64,000 bases of DNA from Chiloscyllium plagiosum. Its lineage: Eukaryota. The stretch covers positions 45,014,326-45,078,325 of the forward strand of contig NC_057736.1 of assembly GCF_004010195.1 (NCBI RefSeq). The letters are read 5' to 3'. The translations under genes and the position numbers were made by a program. Numbering within the stretch: position 1 is the first letter of the stretch; the number at the start of each line of letters is the position of its first letter. Positions 13,112-25,118 of the stretch are shown here, piece after piece. The notes below the pieces were generated by a model. That model ran no database searches. It saw nothing but the letters and a program-made list of their open reading frames with translations, and was not told where the DNA came from.

Positions 13112-13436
13112 GCAAGTTTTGAGAAGATTTGTAGCTCAGGTTGGATGTAGGTTTGCTCGCTGAGCTGGAAGGTTCATTTCCAGACATTTCGTCACCCAAC
13201 TAGGTAACATCTTCAGTGGGCCTTCAGACAAATGTGTTGAGTTAATGTCTCAATGTCTAACTCATTGAGTAGACCCCATCTACCACCCCTTGAGAAAAAG
13301 AGAGGAAATGACATCACCACAGGAAATTACATCACCGACCCAAAGAAACCCAAATATATAAATAGAAAACAGGAATTATCAACAGTGCTTCACCTGGAGG
13401 GCAACTGAAGATGTTACCTAGTAGGGTGACAAAACA
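13112..13436. mobile_element. Penelope pseudo-LTR fragments in inverted arrangement, two hammerhead motifs
   Basis: Minus motif 13180-13219: CCA-CTGAAGA-TGTTACCT-AGTT-GGGTGAC-GAAATGTC-TGG. Plus copy 13405-13435 has GAAA mutated to AAAA. Confidence 0.75.
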
Positions 13437-13444
13437 CCCTACTA

Positions 13445-13760
13445 GGGCGGCACGGTGGCACAGTGGTTAGCACGGCTGCCTCACAGTGCCAGAGACCCGG
13501 GTTCAATTCCCGACTCAGGCGACTGTGTGGAGTTTGCACATTCTCCCCGTGTCTGCGTGGGTTTCCCACAGTTCAAAGATGTGCAGGTCAGGTGAATTGG
13601 CCATGCTAAATTGCCTGTAGTGTTAGGTAAAGGAGTAAATGTAGAGGAATGGGTGGGTTGCGCTTCGGCGGGTCGGTGTGGACTTGTTGGGCCGAAGGGC
13701 CTGTTTCCACACTGTAAGTAATCTAATCTAAAAAAAACTAATCTAATCTAATCTAAAAAA
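13445..13760 (+). mobile_element. HE1/V-SINE-like SINE, near intact
   Basis: GGGCGGCACGGTGGCACAGTGGTTAGC head, B box GGTTCAATTCC, (AATCT)n tail. Confidence 0.92.
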
Positions 13761-14754
13761 GGATTATCTTCTACAGATTAGTATTTTTCCTCAAATTTTT
13801 CACTTTTATCCACATATGAGGCTGGGTCTTCTGCTCTGGAGCTAGACAATGATCTGCCATCAATTGTTTCTGATACTTCTCTATGGTGCTCTTGAGAGTG
13901 AATGAATATATTCCTCCTGTACGTCTATCTGTACTCCTACACACCAAGGATTGTTTTACTTAAACTGGCTGAAAACTTGCAGCATCTGTTCTTTCAGCTT
14001 AGATCAGATCTTTTTAGAAAGAAAATTCTAATTTCATACAAACTTTAGAGATTTGCAGACTGTACTTTTGAGTCCAAACTACAAGCAAGAAGTTAAATCA
14101 ACAGAAATGCACTGAACATAGAACAATATCCCGATACAAAATGGTTTCTGTACTCTATTTCACCCACCTGATATGGCACTGTTTCATGTACGAAAACTAT
14201 GCGATTACTTTTGCTCATACAGTCTTTCGAAGTTCTGCATTTGTTCTTCAGTTATGTCTTAAGTAGAATTGAATAGTGGAGCATCCACATTTTTCCAGAT
14301 TTACAGTCCTCTGAGACAAGAAATGCCTCCTCACTTCAGTTCTTGTGGATTGATCCCTTATCAGGAAGCTGTGCCTCCTTGTTCTAAGAAACAAGCTCTA
14401 TTGTTATGTATATTTAAGACAGGGCTAAACAAATATTTAATCTCAGAAAATCAAGGGATATCAAAGTGATGTTGAGGCAATAATGATTATATTAAATAGC
14501 AGTGCATCCTTAATAGGTGACATGGTCTACTCCTGTTCCTGTGTTCATATCTTCACCCCTGCATTTTAATTGTTTTTACATTTCCTCTAGCCATTCTTTT
14601 TTTAAAGCAGAGTGAGACTTTCATGATAGCTATGTTAATAACGTCAACTGTAAAATTGATGGTAAGGTTTCATAAATGATCACATTTTGGAACGTTCTGA
14701 AATTATTTCTCTTTCGAGATATTAACCAAAAAAATCATGTGCAATGTTTTCTGC

Positions 14755-15527
14755 TGTTACGACATGGAGGTGAGCCCCTCTGTTAATTAAACCAAACACC
14801 CAAAAAAGCTTATTCGCCTCATAATCTGTTAAAATATGAGTGACAGAGAACTCCAAAATTGCACTATTTAAAGAAAATAATATCAGTTTATTCTTTAACT
14901 GTAAAAGTGAACATTGAACAGCAACTATTTACAACTCTTAAGTCCTCCTTTCTCTTAACTGCTTATTATCTGCCTCCAACTCTATAACGATATGCTCTTC
15001 CAATAAGATGCTTATTAAAATTACATCAACTTAATTTCAAAACCACACAGTCGTTTTTGCCTTCTGTGACTTCACTCTTCCAGCTGCTGAATTCCTGGGT
15101 TTGTCTTCTTTGTTTTTGCTGTGAGTACGTTGATAGAGAGTGTTTCCCAATTTCTTGGAGAGCAAGATGTTAGCCCCTCTTACATTTCTGTCTCAACGGC
15201 AGTTACTCTCTGGCCTATTTTCAAAGGGTCTGCATTTTATATACCCCCCAACATTGGATAATCTCACTGGTTTGATGTTGGCAAAACAATAAATTCAAAC
15301 TCGATTGGGTTTCAATATTCTGGGGTATAATTTAAACTAATTGGTTAAATCTGAATGGTTATCAAAATGCTGGTATTCAATTCACAGCCAACTGCGATAT
15401 GCTTTCAATTTTTCAGTATAATCTGGGACTGTTATCTGGTCATAAAAACAGGTGTTTGTAATATCTCAGTTCAGAACAGCATTCACTCTCTCTTAAAGGT
15501 ACTGTGCACACATTCAAATTCATAATA
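14755..15527 (-). repeat. 3' LTR of Gmr1-like element
   Basis: TGTTAC...CATAATA; homologous to 23082-23853 (roughly 80% by eye); adjacent C-rich tract is the minus-strand PPT. Confidence 0.85.
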
Positions 15528-18127
15528 CCAACACCCCTCCCCTCCCCAAGAAAAGAAATGAACCATCAAAATGAAAGGATGGCTTCATTTTTTAAAGTTC
15601 TTAATCCCATTGCGATGAAAAACATAGGTCATCAATCTAACTTATACTTTCCATATTAATTTCTGCACACATTGGAATCTGTCAAATCTTATCTATGCTT
15701 TTTACTTTGAATCTGCGATAATGCAAATACTATTTCATTTTTACGACCCGCAACATATGCAATTTGTAAATTAAAAGTCTGTAACATAAGACAGCAATGA
15801 AATAGTTTCATTTTCTGTCTTTAAATCTTTCTAAGAATGTAAGAGGTTTGTGGTCCCTGTACACAACTGTCTTCGACACGTTGTTCGTCACATAAACATT
15901 AAAATGTTGTCAGGACAGGACCAAACTCAGTAATTCTGTTTCGATGGTAGAGTATTTTCTCTGGTGGGTGTTAAGTTTCTTTGAAAAGTAGCCAGTTTGC
16001 CATTCAATTTCATTTTCATCTTCCTGTAGCAGTTCAACTCCAACTCCTCTATCGCTAGCATTGATTGCAACTTTGAAGGGTTTCAAAAAATTTGGTGGAG
16101 CTGTGGTTAATACTGCTTGTAAATTCTCAAGTACCTCTTGGCATTGTTCTATCCATCAATATTTTGTGTCCATCTTTTGTATCTCTCTTGGCGGTGTCAC
16201 CATAATGCTGAAGGTAGAATCTCCTTAGTCCCAAAATTCGAAGCACCTCTTCGAGGTTGGTCATGGAAATTCCTTGCTGCCCTTTGTCTTTGCATTCTTT
16301 GGGGTCTACCTGCCTTCGTGAATTCTGTTTTCTTTGAGTTTATTACCAGTTTTGCTTCTTGTAATTGTTCAAAGAACTGCCAACTGTACCATGTGATTTT
16401 TCCATCACTTGCTAAAGATCACTACATCATTCAGATAAACTGCGCAATTTGTTAATCTTGCCACAGCTCTGTTTATGAGACTTTGGAATGTGGCTGGTAC
16501 ATTCTTCATTCCAAAGGGCATCAATTTGTCACAATACTAATATGTCATCCCCATGGGAAAACGTGTGAAATTTAGAGTTTTTAATCTGCCACCTTCTTTA
16601 TTCTATGCCCTCTTCAGATGCTGTTTAACTAACTCATCTATCCAATTTAATCTCTCCCTCGCCTCAAATGCATAATCCAAGTGTGAGATATCTGGTTTCA
16701 GTTCTACCAATTTTTCTTTAATTAATTTCAAAGACCCTCTCACTTCATGTCCGAATATTAACTCAAAGGGAGTAAACTGAGTAGATTCATCTGGGGCATC
16801 TCTAACAATACAAATAGCAAACAATACAAATGGGATACCTTGATCACAATCATTCGGGTAATCCCGACAGTACACTATTAACAGTGTCTTGAGAGTCTAA
16901 TGCCATCTTTCCAAAGCTCCCTGGGTTTCAGGATGGTATGCACTTCGTTTAAAGTGCTGTATACCTAAGCTTTCCATGACTTCCTTGAACAGCTTAGCAA
17001 TAAAATTAGACCCTTGGTCTGACTCAATCTCCCTGGGTAGCCCATACCAGGTAAAGAAAGCTATCAATTCCTCCACCCACCTTTTTGCCTTAATACTCCA
17101 TAATGGAATTGCCTCCTGAAATCCGGTAGACACATCCATTATGGTTAGCAAGTACTGGGATCCCACTTTTAATTTTTGGGAGGGGACCTACAAAATCAAT
17201 CATAACCTACTTGAAACATTCTTAGAATGCGGAAATTGGCAACAAAGCTGCTGGTTTTATTACTGCCAGTGACTTACCTCCATTTGGCACGTATGACGTA
17301 TACGGCAAAATTTAACCACACCCTTGTGCTGTCCAGGCCAGCAAAAGTGCTTTTGTACCTTAGCCTGAGTCTTCCCCCCACCTAGGTGATGACCTCCTGG
17401 TAATTCATATTCTACCCATAATACTTCCTGATTGTATGCTACTGGCAACACAATCTGGTGCACTTCCTCCCATTTCTCCTCTGTACTAATTTGCCAAGGT
17501 CTCCATTGTCTTAAGATTCTATCTTTAAAATAATAACCCACAGGAATGCATTCTGATTCCTCTTGTGAATATGTATCAATATATATATATCCTTTATTGT
17601 CTCGTCTTTCTGTTGTAAGTCCATTCGCCTTTCAGGACTAAACAATTCTGCCTGACCCTCTACCTGTTCAGGTTTTTCATGCACCATTATATCAAAACAG
17701 GGTGTCTGCTTACTGAACCTCAACTCCTATCTCTTTAAATTGTGATTCTTACTGTGACTTATGATAGTGGGATCTTATTACTACACAATCTGGAAAAAAT
17801 CCCTGGTTTTCCTTTGACTTCTCCACAATAAAGAGTGTCACTCCCACATTGGATCCTGCTAAATTGTTCCCAAGAACAAAGTGTATTCCTGGAACTGACA
17901 CTTTATCAATCACTCCCACTGTTACTTCCTCAGTCTTGATTTGGCTCCTCAACCTGATCTTACACAGGGGAGCATCTGTCTGTCTATTCTGCAAATTACC
18001 ACTATCTCAGGTTACATGTCAAAAAGAGTGCAAATACATTCATCTCTTACAATTGGAGACTGATTAGCTCCCGTATCTCTCAAAATTGTGACTTCTTTCC
18101 CTTCTTCCCCTGTTCTTCCTGAGTAAA

Positions 18128-18446
18128 GGACAGCGTGGTGGCTCAGTGATTAACACTGCTGCCTCACAGTGCTAGGAGCCGGGTTTGATTCCGGCCTCGG
18201 GCAAATGTCTGTGTGGAGTTTGCATATTCTCCCTGTGTCTGCATGGGTTTCTTCCGGGTGCTCTGGTTTCCTCCCACAATCCAAAAATGTGCGGGTCAGG
18301 TGAATTGCTCATAGTGTTGGGTGCATTAGTCAGAAGTAAATATAGGGTAGGGGAATGGGTCTGTGTGGTTTATCCTTCAGAGGGTCGATGTGGACTTGTT
18401 GGGCCGAAGGGCCTGTTTTCACACTATAGGGAATCTAAACTAATCT
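18128..18446 (+). mobile_element. HE1/V-SINE-like SINE inserted in the Gypsy gag-protease region
   Basis: SINE head and tail present. Removing it restores the minus-strand frame VGKVYSGRTGEEGKEVTILRDTGA. Confidence 0.9.
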
Positions 18447-18566
18447 AAACTTTACCAACAGAGGTGAAGTCTTTATAGAGATTGGGCACTAACTCAATAC
18501 CCAGCTCCTGCCTAGGCTTTGCACTCTCCAGCAGCTCCTTGACTTTGCTTAGGGTTTCCTTTACTA

Positions 18567-21500
18567 CAGGTAGAAGATCCTTTATCCACACATCCAAAAA
18601 CTGAAAAGCTCTGAAAACCAAAGGTCATGAAACAAGCTAGAAAATATCATAAAGAACTAAACATTAAAGGTGAATATCAATACTCAGAAGGTTGGCTGCA
18701 GAAATTCAAAAAGCGTAATGGTGTGAAATACCTGAAAATCTTTGGTGACAAGGCTTTTGCTGCAGTTGAAAATTATATTGATGAATTTGCCAAGCTGATA
18801 TCTGATGAAAGCCTTAGTCCTGGACAAATTTACTTTATTTTTATTTCAAAAATATACTTTATTCATAAAATAATTTGATGGTCTGTACAGTTGGTCATGC
18901 CATACATATGTAAACATTTGCATACAGAGATCAGAATTTATCATGTCATATACAGGTCTGTACGTTTATCAATCATATATCCATATATTTAGCTGAGGCG
19001 TCAGCAGAGCCCAAATGATTGCGTGGGCCCCCTGTTCTTAGGCAGGCAGATGTTACATGGTGGTCTTTCCCCACCGCGCCTTGGCGGCAGCTGCCCCAAG
19101 CTTCAGCGCGTCCCTCAACACGTAGTCCTGGGCCTTGGAATGTGCCAGTCTGCAACACTCAGTTGGGGTCAACTCCTTCAGCTGGAAGATCAGCAGGTTT
19201 CGGACCTCCCAGAGAGCGTCTTTCACTGAGTTGATGATCCTCCAGGCACAGTTGATGTTCGTCTCGGTGTGCGTCCCGGGGAACAGACCGTAGAGCACAG
19301 AGTCTCACATCATGGCGCTGCTCAGGACGAACCTTGACAAACACCACTACATTCCTCTCCAGACGACTTCTGCGTAGGCGCTTTCCAGAAGGAGATGTGT
19401 GACAGCCTCGTTTCCCCTCCCCACACAGCCACTTCGAGGGCAGCGTGTGGTGCAGCTGAGAGTCTGGGCATGCATAAAGGATCCAACAGGCAGAGCCCTT
19501 CTCACCACCAGCCAAGCCATGTCTTGGTGCTTATTGGAAAGTTCTGGCGATGAGGCATTCTGCCAAATGACTTTGACAGTCTGCTCAGGGAACCAATCGA
19601 TAGGATCCACCCTCTCCTTTTCCCAAAGGGTCTCAAGGACACTATGTGCTGACCACTTCCTGATGGACTTGTGGTCAAAGGTGTTTTTCTTAATAAACTT
19701 CTCCACGAAGGACAGGTGATACGGAACGGTCCAACCACTCGGAGCGTTCCGCGGCAGCGAGGCCAGGCCCATGCTTCGCAACACCGGGGACAGGTAGAAC
19801 CTCAGTACGTAGTGACACTTCGTGTTTGCAATCCACGCACACCTTGATGCAGCCACACACAAAGGTGACCATCAGGGCGAGGGTGGCATTGGGTGTATTC
19901 TTTCCCCCGTTGCCCAGATCTTTATACATCGGGTCCCTTCGGACCCGGTCCATCTTTGATCTCCATATAAATTGGAAGATGGTCCGGGTGACTGCAGCGG
20001 CACAGGTTCTGGTAATAGGCCAGACCTCTGCCACGTATAACAGCAATGACAGTGCCTCACACCTGATGACCAGGTTTTTTTCCTGCGATGGAGAGCGACT
20101 GTAGATTCCATCTGCCCAATTTCTGCCTGACTTTGAAGATATGCTCCTCCCAAGACTTGGTGCACGCCCCAGCCCCCCCCGCCCCCTCCCGAACCAAATA
20201 CCCAGCACCTTCAGGCCTGAACAAATTTACAATGCTGATGAAACAGCTCTCTACTAGCGCTATATCCCGAGAAAACAATATGAGCAACGGCTGATGAGAG
20301 AGCACCAACAGGTTTTAAGGACAGATTAACTATTCTTGAGTGTGCCAATGCTGCAGGCACACACAAGGTGAAATTGGCAGTGATTAGGAAAAGGAAACAT
20401 CCGAGATGATTTAAAGGTGTACACAATTTGCCTGTGCATTATTATGCAAACAAGAAATCATGGGTAATCCGACTGGTTCAGTAAACATTTCAGACCAGCG
20501 GCATGAGATCATTGCAGGCAAGGTGGACTGGAAGAAAAGTGTAAAATTTTCTTGTTCCTGAACAACTGCTCTGCATATTCCCCTGCTGAACATCTTGGGA
20601 AAAATAATGTTTTTGGCATTTACTTGCCCCCTAATGTGACATCTGTATTACAGCCTTGTGACCAAGGAATTTTGCGCTCCTTGAAGAGCAAGTATAAAGA
20701 CTATTTTTTAAACTGTATGCTTGCTGCAGTCAAAAGAGAGGTAGTAATTCAAGACTTCCTGAAAGAGTTTAGTGTTAAGGATGCCATTTACGCTGTTGCC
20801 AATGCTTGGAATGATGTTGATAAAGCAACATTAACAAATGCTTGGCACAGACTCTGGCCTACAACAATGTTTTTTTGTAAATGAACCTATACATGAAGAG
20901 TTTGAAGGATTTAATGTCACTGAATGTTACTTACGCACAAAGTTTATCGGACAAAAGTGTAAATAAATTATATCAAGCTGACATTGAAGAAATGCTGAAC
21001 GTTAGCAATGATGTGCCAGTCGTGCATTCCTTGAGCGATGGGAACATTGCTGAAATGGTTTTAAATACAGGTACAGATAAGTCTGAGGATAGTAGTATGA
21101 CGATGATGAGTTAGTGAACACAGTTGAAAAAGTCCCCATTGACGATATGGTGAAAATGTGTGATCAGTTAATTGCTGGTCTTGAACAACATTCATTTATC
21201 AGTGAGCAAAAGATTATGGAAATTTACTCAATTAGAAAGAGTTTGCTTAGACAGAAACCTATGTTAATGAGACAGATGACACTTGAAGAAGTCTTTAAAA
21301 ACATTGCTGCCATAGTGCTGAAGCTGTGTAATTCTAAGTTTTATCGAATGTTTTTGTTGGAATGTTTGTTCTGGAAATAAAATATTATTGAATATTTATG
21401 GTCAATGATGTGGTCAATCAATTTATCAGTACCCTACTCCATAAATAAAGTGTAGTAGTATTTCTAGTCTTTATTTATCCAGCTTAGTGTGAGTACTCAT

Positions 21501-21652
21501 ATGCTTTTGCTGCAGTAGGGTATTTATATTTGATTATGGGGTGCTGCCCTGCACCCTACAGGGGGCGCTACATTAGTTCTGAAAACCAAAAAATTCCAAA
21601 TTCCGAAAAGCAGCTGGTCCCCGACGATTTTGGATAAAAGATCGTGTACCTG
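18567..21652 (+). mobile_element. Tigger/pogo DNA transposon with decayed CENP-B/DDE_1 transposase
   Basis: TA|CAGGTAGAAGATCCTTTATCC ... GGATAAAAGATCGTGTACCTG|TA TIRs. Peptides YSEGWLQKFKKRNG, PEQIYNADETAL, FLNNCSAY, YLPPNVTSVLQPCDQGI. Confidence 0.92.
18834..20215 (-). mobile_element. 5'-truncated Tx1/L1-clade LINE inside the Tigger transposase
   Basis: ORF2 C-terminus (LKVLGIWFG, IFQFIWRSKMDRV, HQDMAWLVVRRALPV, CPRSGC..HLLLEC-like zinc finger); AATAAA plus A-rich tail. 15-bp TSD CCTG(G/A)ACAAATTTAC at 18819-18833 and 20216-20230. Confidence 0.92.
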
Positions 21653-23041
21653 TACTTCCACAAATCCCCACTGGCTTAGCTTCTTTTACCACAAGTTTTC
21701 CCCTTGTACCTTTCTTCAACAACCAGCACTGTGATCCTATGTGTCCCACCTACTGGCAGTGAAACCACCTTTTCCCAGTGTCCTTCTTAAACCACCTGCA
21801 CAGAAATCTTTTGTGTCCCACCTGAGGCTTTTCACCCTCTTGGGTTTCTTTTTTTACCTGTGGTAAACTATTAATAGCGTGCTCTACTCTTTGTTTTGTA
21901 GTGAAGGATCTCTCCTTCTCCAAATTTCTATCCCTCTCCGGATGAAATTCCTGCTGGAAGCTAACTTTTGCCTTATCAACCAATGCGTATTCATCTGTCA
22001 TCTCTGCCGCCCATCTCACTTCTTGAATGTTCTGTTCTTCCACATGAATTCTTATCATCTCTGGAAGTGAGTTTTAAACTCCTCCAGCAGAATAATCTCT
22101 TAGAGCCTTATATGTCCTTAGTATTTTTAAGACCTGCACCCATCTATCAAAATTACTATGTTTAATTCTTTCAAACTCAACATAAGACTAACTGCTGTCT
22201 ATGCGCTTCTGGTACCAATTCATAAGCACTCAAAGTAATCTTTTTTACATCTGCATAATCTCATGATTCCTCATCTGACAGTGCTGTAAATACCTCACTA
22301 GCTCTGCCTACCAGCTTAGTCTGAACTAACATTACCCACAAGTTCTCTGGCCACTCCATCTGCTTAGCCAATATTTCAAATGAAATAAAGAGGGCTTTGA
22401 CATCTTTCTCATCAAACTGTGGCAATATTTTAACACTTGTATACATCACTACATCCTGTTAACTTGACTTTACAGATTAATTCGCAACTTCTGAAGTTCA
22501 AATTCTCTCTCCCTTCCTCTTTCTCTTTCTCTTCTCTCTCTCTCTTTGCTCAGCTGAGAACCTTCTCCCCCTTTCTTTTTCCTTTTTCTCTTTCTCTCTC
22601 TTTTTGCTCAGCTAAGAATCTTCTCCCTCATTCTTTATCTTCTAACTCCAGTTGCCTCATTTGCAATTTACGTTTTTCTAACTCTACTGCACTTGCCTGT
22701 TTCTCTAATACACCAAAGTGCTTGACCAACTCTATTACAATTTCAGCTTTCCTTTTGTCCTTGGTTAAACCCAATTCTAAGCTATTTGGTAATTCTAAAA
22801 GTATGTCCTTCCTCTGTCTTTCTAAACTTTCTTGGCAAATTTGGGAAGCATCCTCAAACCCCAGAACCTCTTTAGCAATCTTAAGAGCCATTTCCTTCAC
22901 TTTTAATTTAACTAACCGCAGGTAACCGAAATTAAACAAATCTTCTCATCTAAGTTTTATTTAAAGATTTAGGACACTAATCAGCAAGTGTTTAAATCTG
23001 CTTACCTCTTTCACACCCCAAATCAATTCAAATCTGTGCAA

Positions 23042-23059
23042 ATCTTGGATGAGCCCCCC
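23042..23059 (-). promoter_or_regulatory. Primer-binding site, tRNA-Pro type
   Basis: Minus strand GGGGGGCTCATCCAAGAT versus tRNA-Pro complement TGGGGGCTCGTCCGGGAT; separated from the LTR by a C-rich expansion. Confidence 0.75.
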
Positions 23060-23081
23060 CCACTCCCCCCACCACCCAAAC

Positions 23082-23853
23082 TGTTAAAACCCGGAGGTAA
23101 ACCCCTCTGTTAATTAAACTAAACACACAGAAAAGCTCACCTTGCTTCATAATCTATTAAAATATGAATGACAGAGAACTCCAAAATTGCACTACTTAAA
23201 ATAATGGCAATTTGTTTTAACTGTAATGGTGAACGTTAAACAACTATTCACAATTCTGAGCCCCCACCCCTTTCTCTTAACTGCTTATTTCCTGCCTGCA
23301 ATTCTATAACAATATGCTGTTCTAATAAGATAATTACTAAAATCACATAAACTTAATTTCAAAACCAAATAGCCGCTTTCATCTTCTACGTCTTTTTTCT
23401 TCCGGCTGAAGATCTCCCTGGGCGGTGATCTTTCTTTTTATTGCGAGTAAGTTTCATACGAAAAGGCACTTTCAACAGAGTTTTCTAATTTCTTGGCCAG
23501 CAAGATGTTAGCCCCCCATATGTTTCTGTCTTGATGGTAGTTGCTCTCTGATCAATTGTCAACCCCTCCCAACATCAGATTGTCTCATTGGTTCAATGTT
23601 GGCAAAGCAATAACTCCAAACTCAATTGGGTTTCAGTATCCTGGGGCATAATTTAAACTGGTTGTTTTGACAACAAATCAAATTTAACCAAAATTTAGGT
23701 CTCCATTTCACAGCCAAATGTTACATATTTTCAATTTTCCTGTACTCTCTAGGACTGCCATCTTGTCATTTACATAGTTGTTTGTAATCTCTCAGTTCAG
23801 AACAGCATTTACACACTCTTAAAAGTACAGTTCACGCCTTGAACTTCATCACA
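23082..23853 (-). repeat. 5' LTR of Gmr1-like element
   Basis: TGTTAA...CATCACA; homologous to 14755-15527. Confidence 0.85.
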
Positions 23854-24259
23854 TCAATTACCAAAGAAATTTATTGATTGACCCTTTTAACAGTTCTTTC
23901 CAACTCACTCGTAGCAACAATAGTCTTTCATGCCTCCTAAGGGAAGGTTTTAGTGTGTGAAGTTCATCTGTCATGGTGATAAAAATGGCCCTATCAATTC
24001 TAAAACACATTCTGACCCTGGGGTGTTTCCGTATTCCTTGCAATTCTGTATAATTGAAAGTATGACTATTTGATACATTGGAACAATGTAGCTAGCTTGG
24101 CTGATCGTTTGTTTTACTTAAATGAGTAGTCTTTCACTGCCAGTGAACCTTAGCTTTACTACTCAAAACTGTTCTGGATAGACTTACTTCTGAATGCAAA
24201 TAATTAATTAGGCTCAGTGTTTTTGGCTTTCTAATCTCCCTTTTACGAAAAATCCATTT

Positions 24260-24370
24260 GGCATGGTGTTTCGGTGGTTAGAAATGCTGCTTCACAGTAC
24301 CAAGGACCTGGGTTCAATTCCACCTTCGGACGACTGTCTGTGTGTAGTTTGCACGTTCTCCACATATTTC
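24260..24370 (+). mobile_element. HE1/V-SINE-like SINE, 5' part
   Basis: tRNA-like head with GGTTCAATTCC B box; truncated. Confidence 0.75.
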
Positions 24371-24451
24371 CCCATATAGTGTAGGCCAAGAGTTATAGCT
24401 GGGATGAAGGCAATTATGATGCGATGAGGCAAGATTTAGCATGCATAGAAT

Positions 24452-25105
24452 TGCTAAAGTACAGATTTGAGATGGCCCAGCTAATTCCTTATGAACCCAA
24501 CCTGTAAGGCGGTTCGTCCCAGAGATCGTAGTCTTTGGTGGTCTGGAATTAAAAAACTCTTACAGACAGTTTAGTTTAACTTTAATCAGCCCCTTCATTT
24601 ACTAATAGCATCACTGTTACAACATAACATTGACACCTATAAGTCAAGCTAATTGGATTCTATTAATCCAGGAGAGTAGAAATTGCTGTTCTTTCAAGAG
24701 CCCTGGCCAGCTACTCTGTTGTACTATCACAAACAAACTATCTTTACATCACTTTACAAAGGCTGTATTGTCACAAACACAAAAAGTTAACGAAAGTACG
24801 ACATGTTCTGAACTATACAGATAATTGCGAAGGACAATAATTTGGGAGAGAAGTTAATTGATACTGCGTTTTATTCCGCAGTCAGAATTAAATATCCTTT
24901 ATTAATTTCACAAAGGAACAGCCGTGAATGTTATCACTCGTTGTCTTGTTCATACAGGTTTGCTGATGTTAAGGCAAATGTTCTTATTTATCTTATCTTT
25001 CCTGCCATACCATTTTCTAGTATGCAGCAAATGTGTTCTATAATTCATAATTACATTTTAGTCTAAATATTTAAGGACAAACATTTAATGCTGTAAACTT
25101 TCTCA
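24452..25105 (-). repeat. ERV 3' LTR
   Basis: 654 bp; minus strand begins TGAGAAAG right after the PPT; about 90% identical to 31002-31665 by manual count; ATTAAA on the minus strand near 24581-24586. Confidence 0.95.
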
Positions 25106-25118
25106 TTCCATCCTTTTG

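Larger units (their letters stand above)
14755..23853 (-). mobile_element. Gmr1-like Ty3/Gypsy LTR retrotransposon (decayed, with nested insertions)
   Basis: Paired LTRs; tRNA-Pro-type PBS; PPT at 15528-15548. Minus-strand order: gag (PQFDEKDVKALFISFE), protease (ILRDTGANQS, ~18060-18090), integrase (GLPREIESDQGSNF, SAYHPETQGALERWH), RT (MPFGMKNVPATFQ, YLNDVVIF), RNase H (KPFKVAINASDRGVG). Confidence 0.9.

Noticed and set aside
13445-13520. tRNA gene-like A/B boxes (also in other copies)
   Set aside because: SINE heads continuing into SINE core and tail; no complete cloverleaf.
24630-25066. Plus-strand ORFs repeated at 31189-31627, resembling a duplicated gene
   Set aside because: Antisense frames of the two ERV LTRs.
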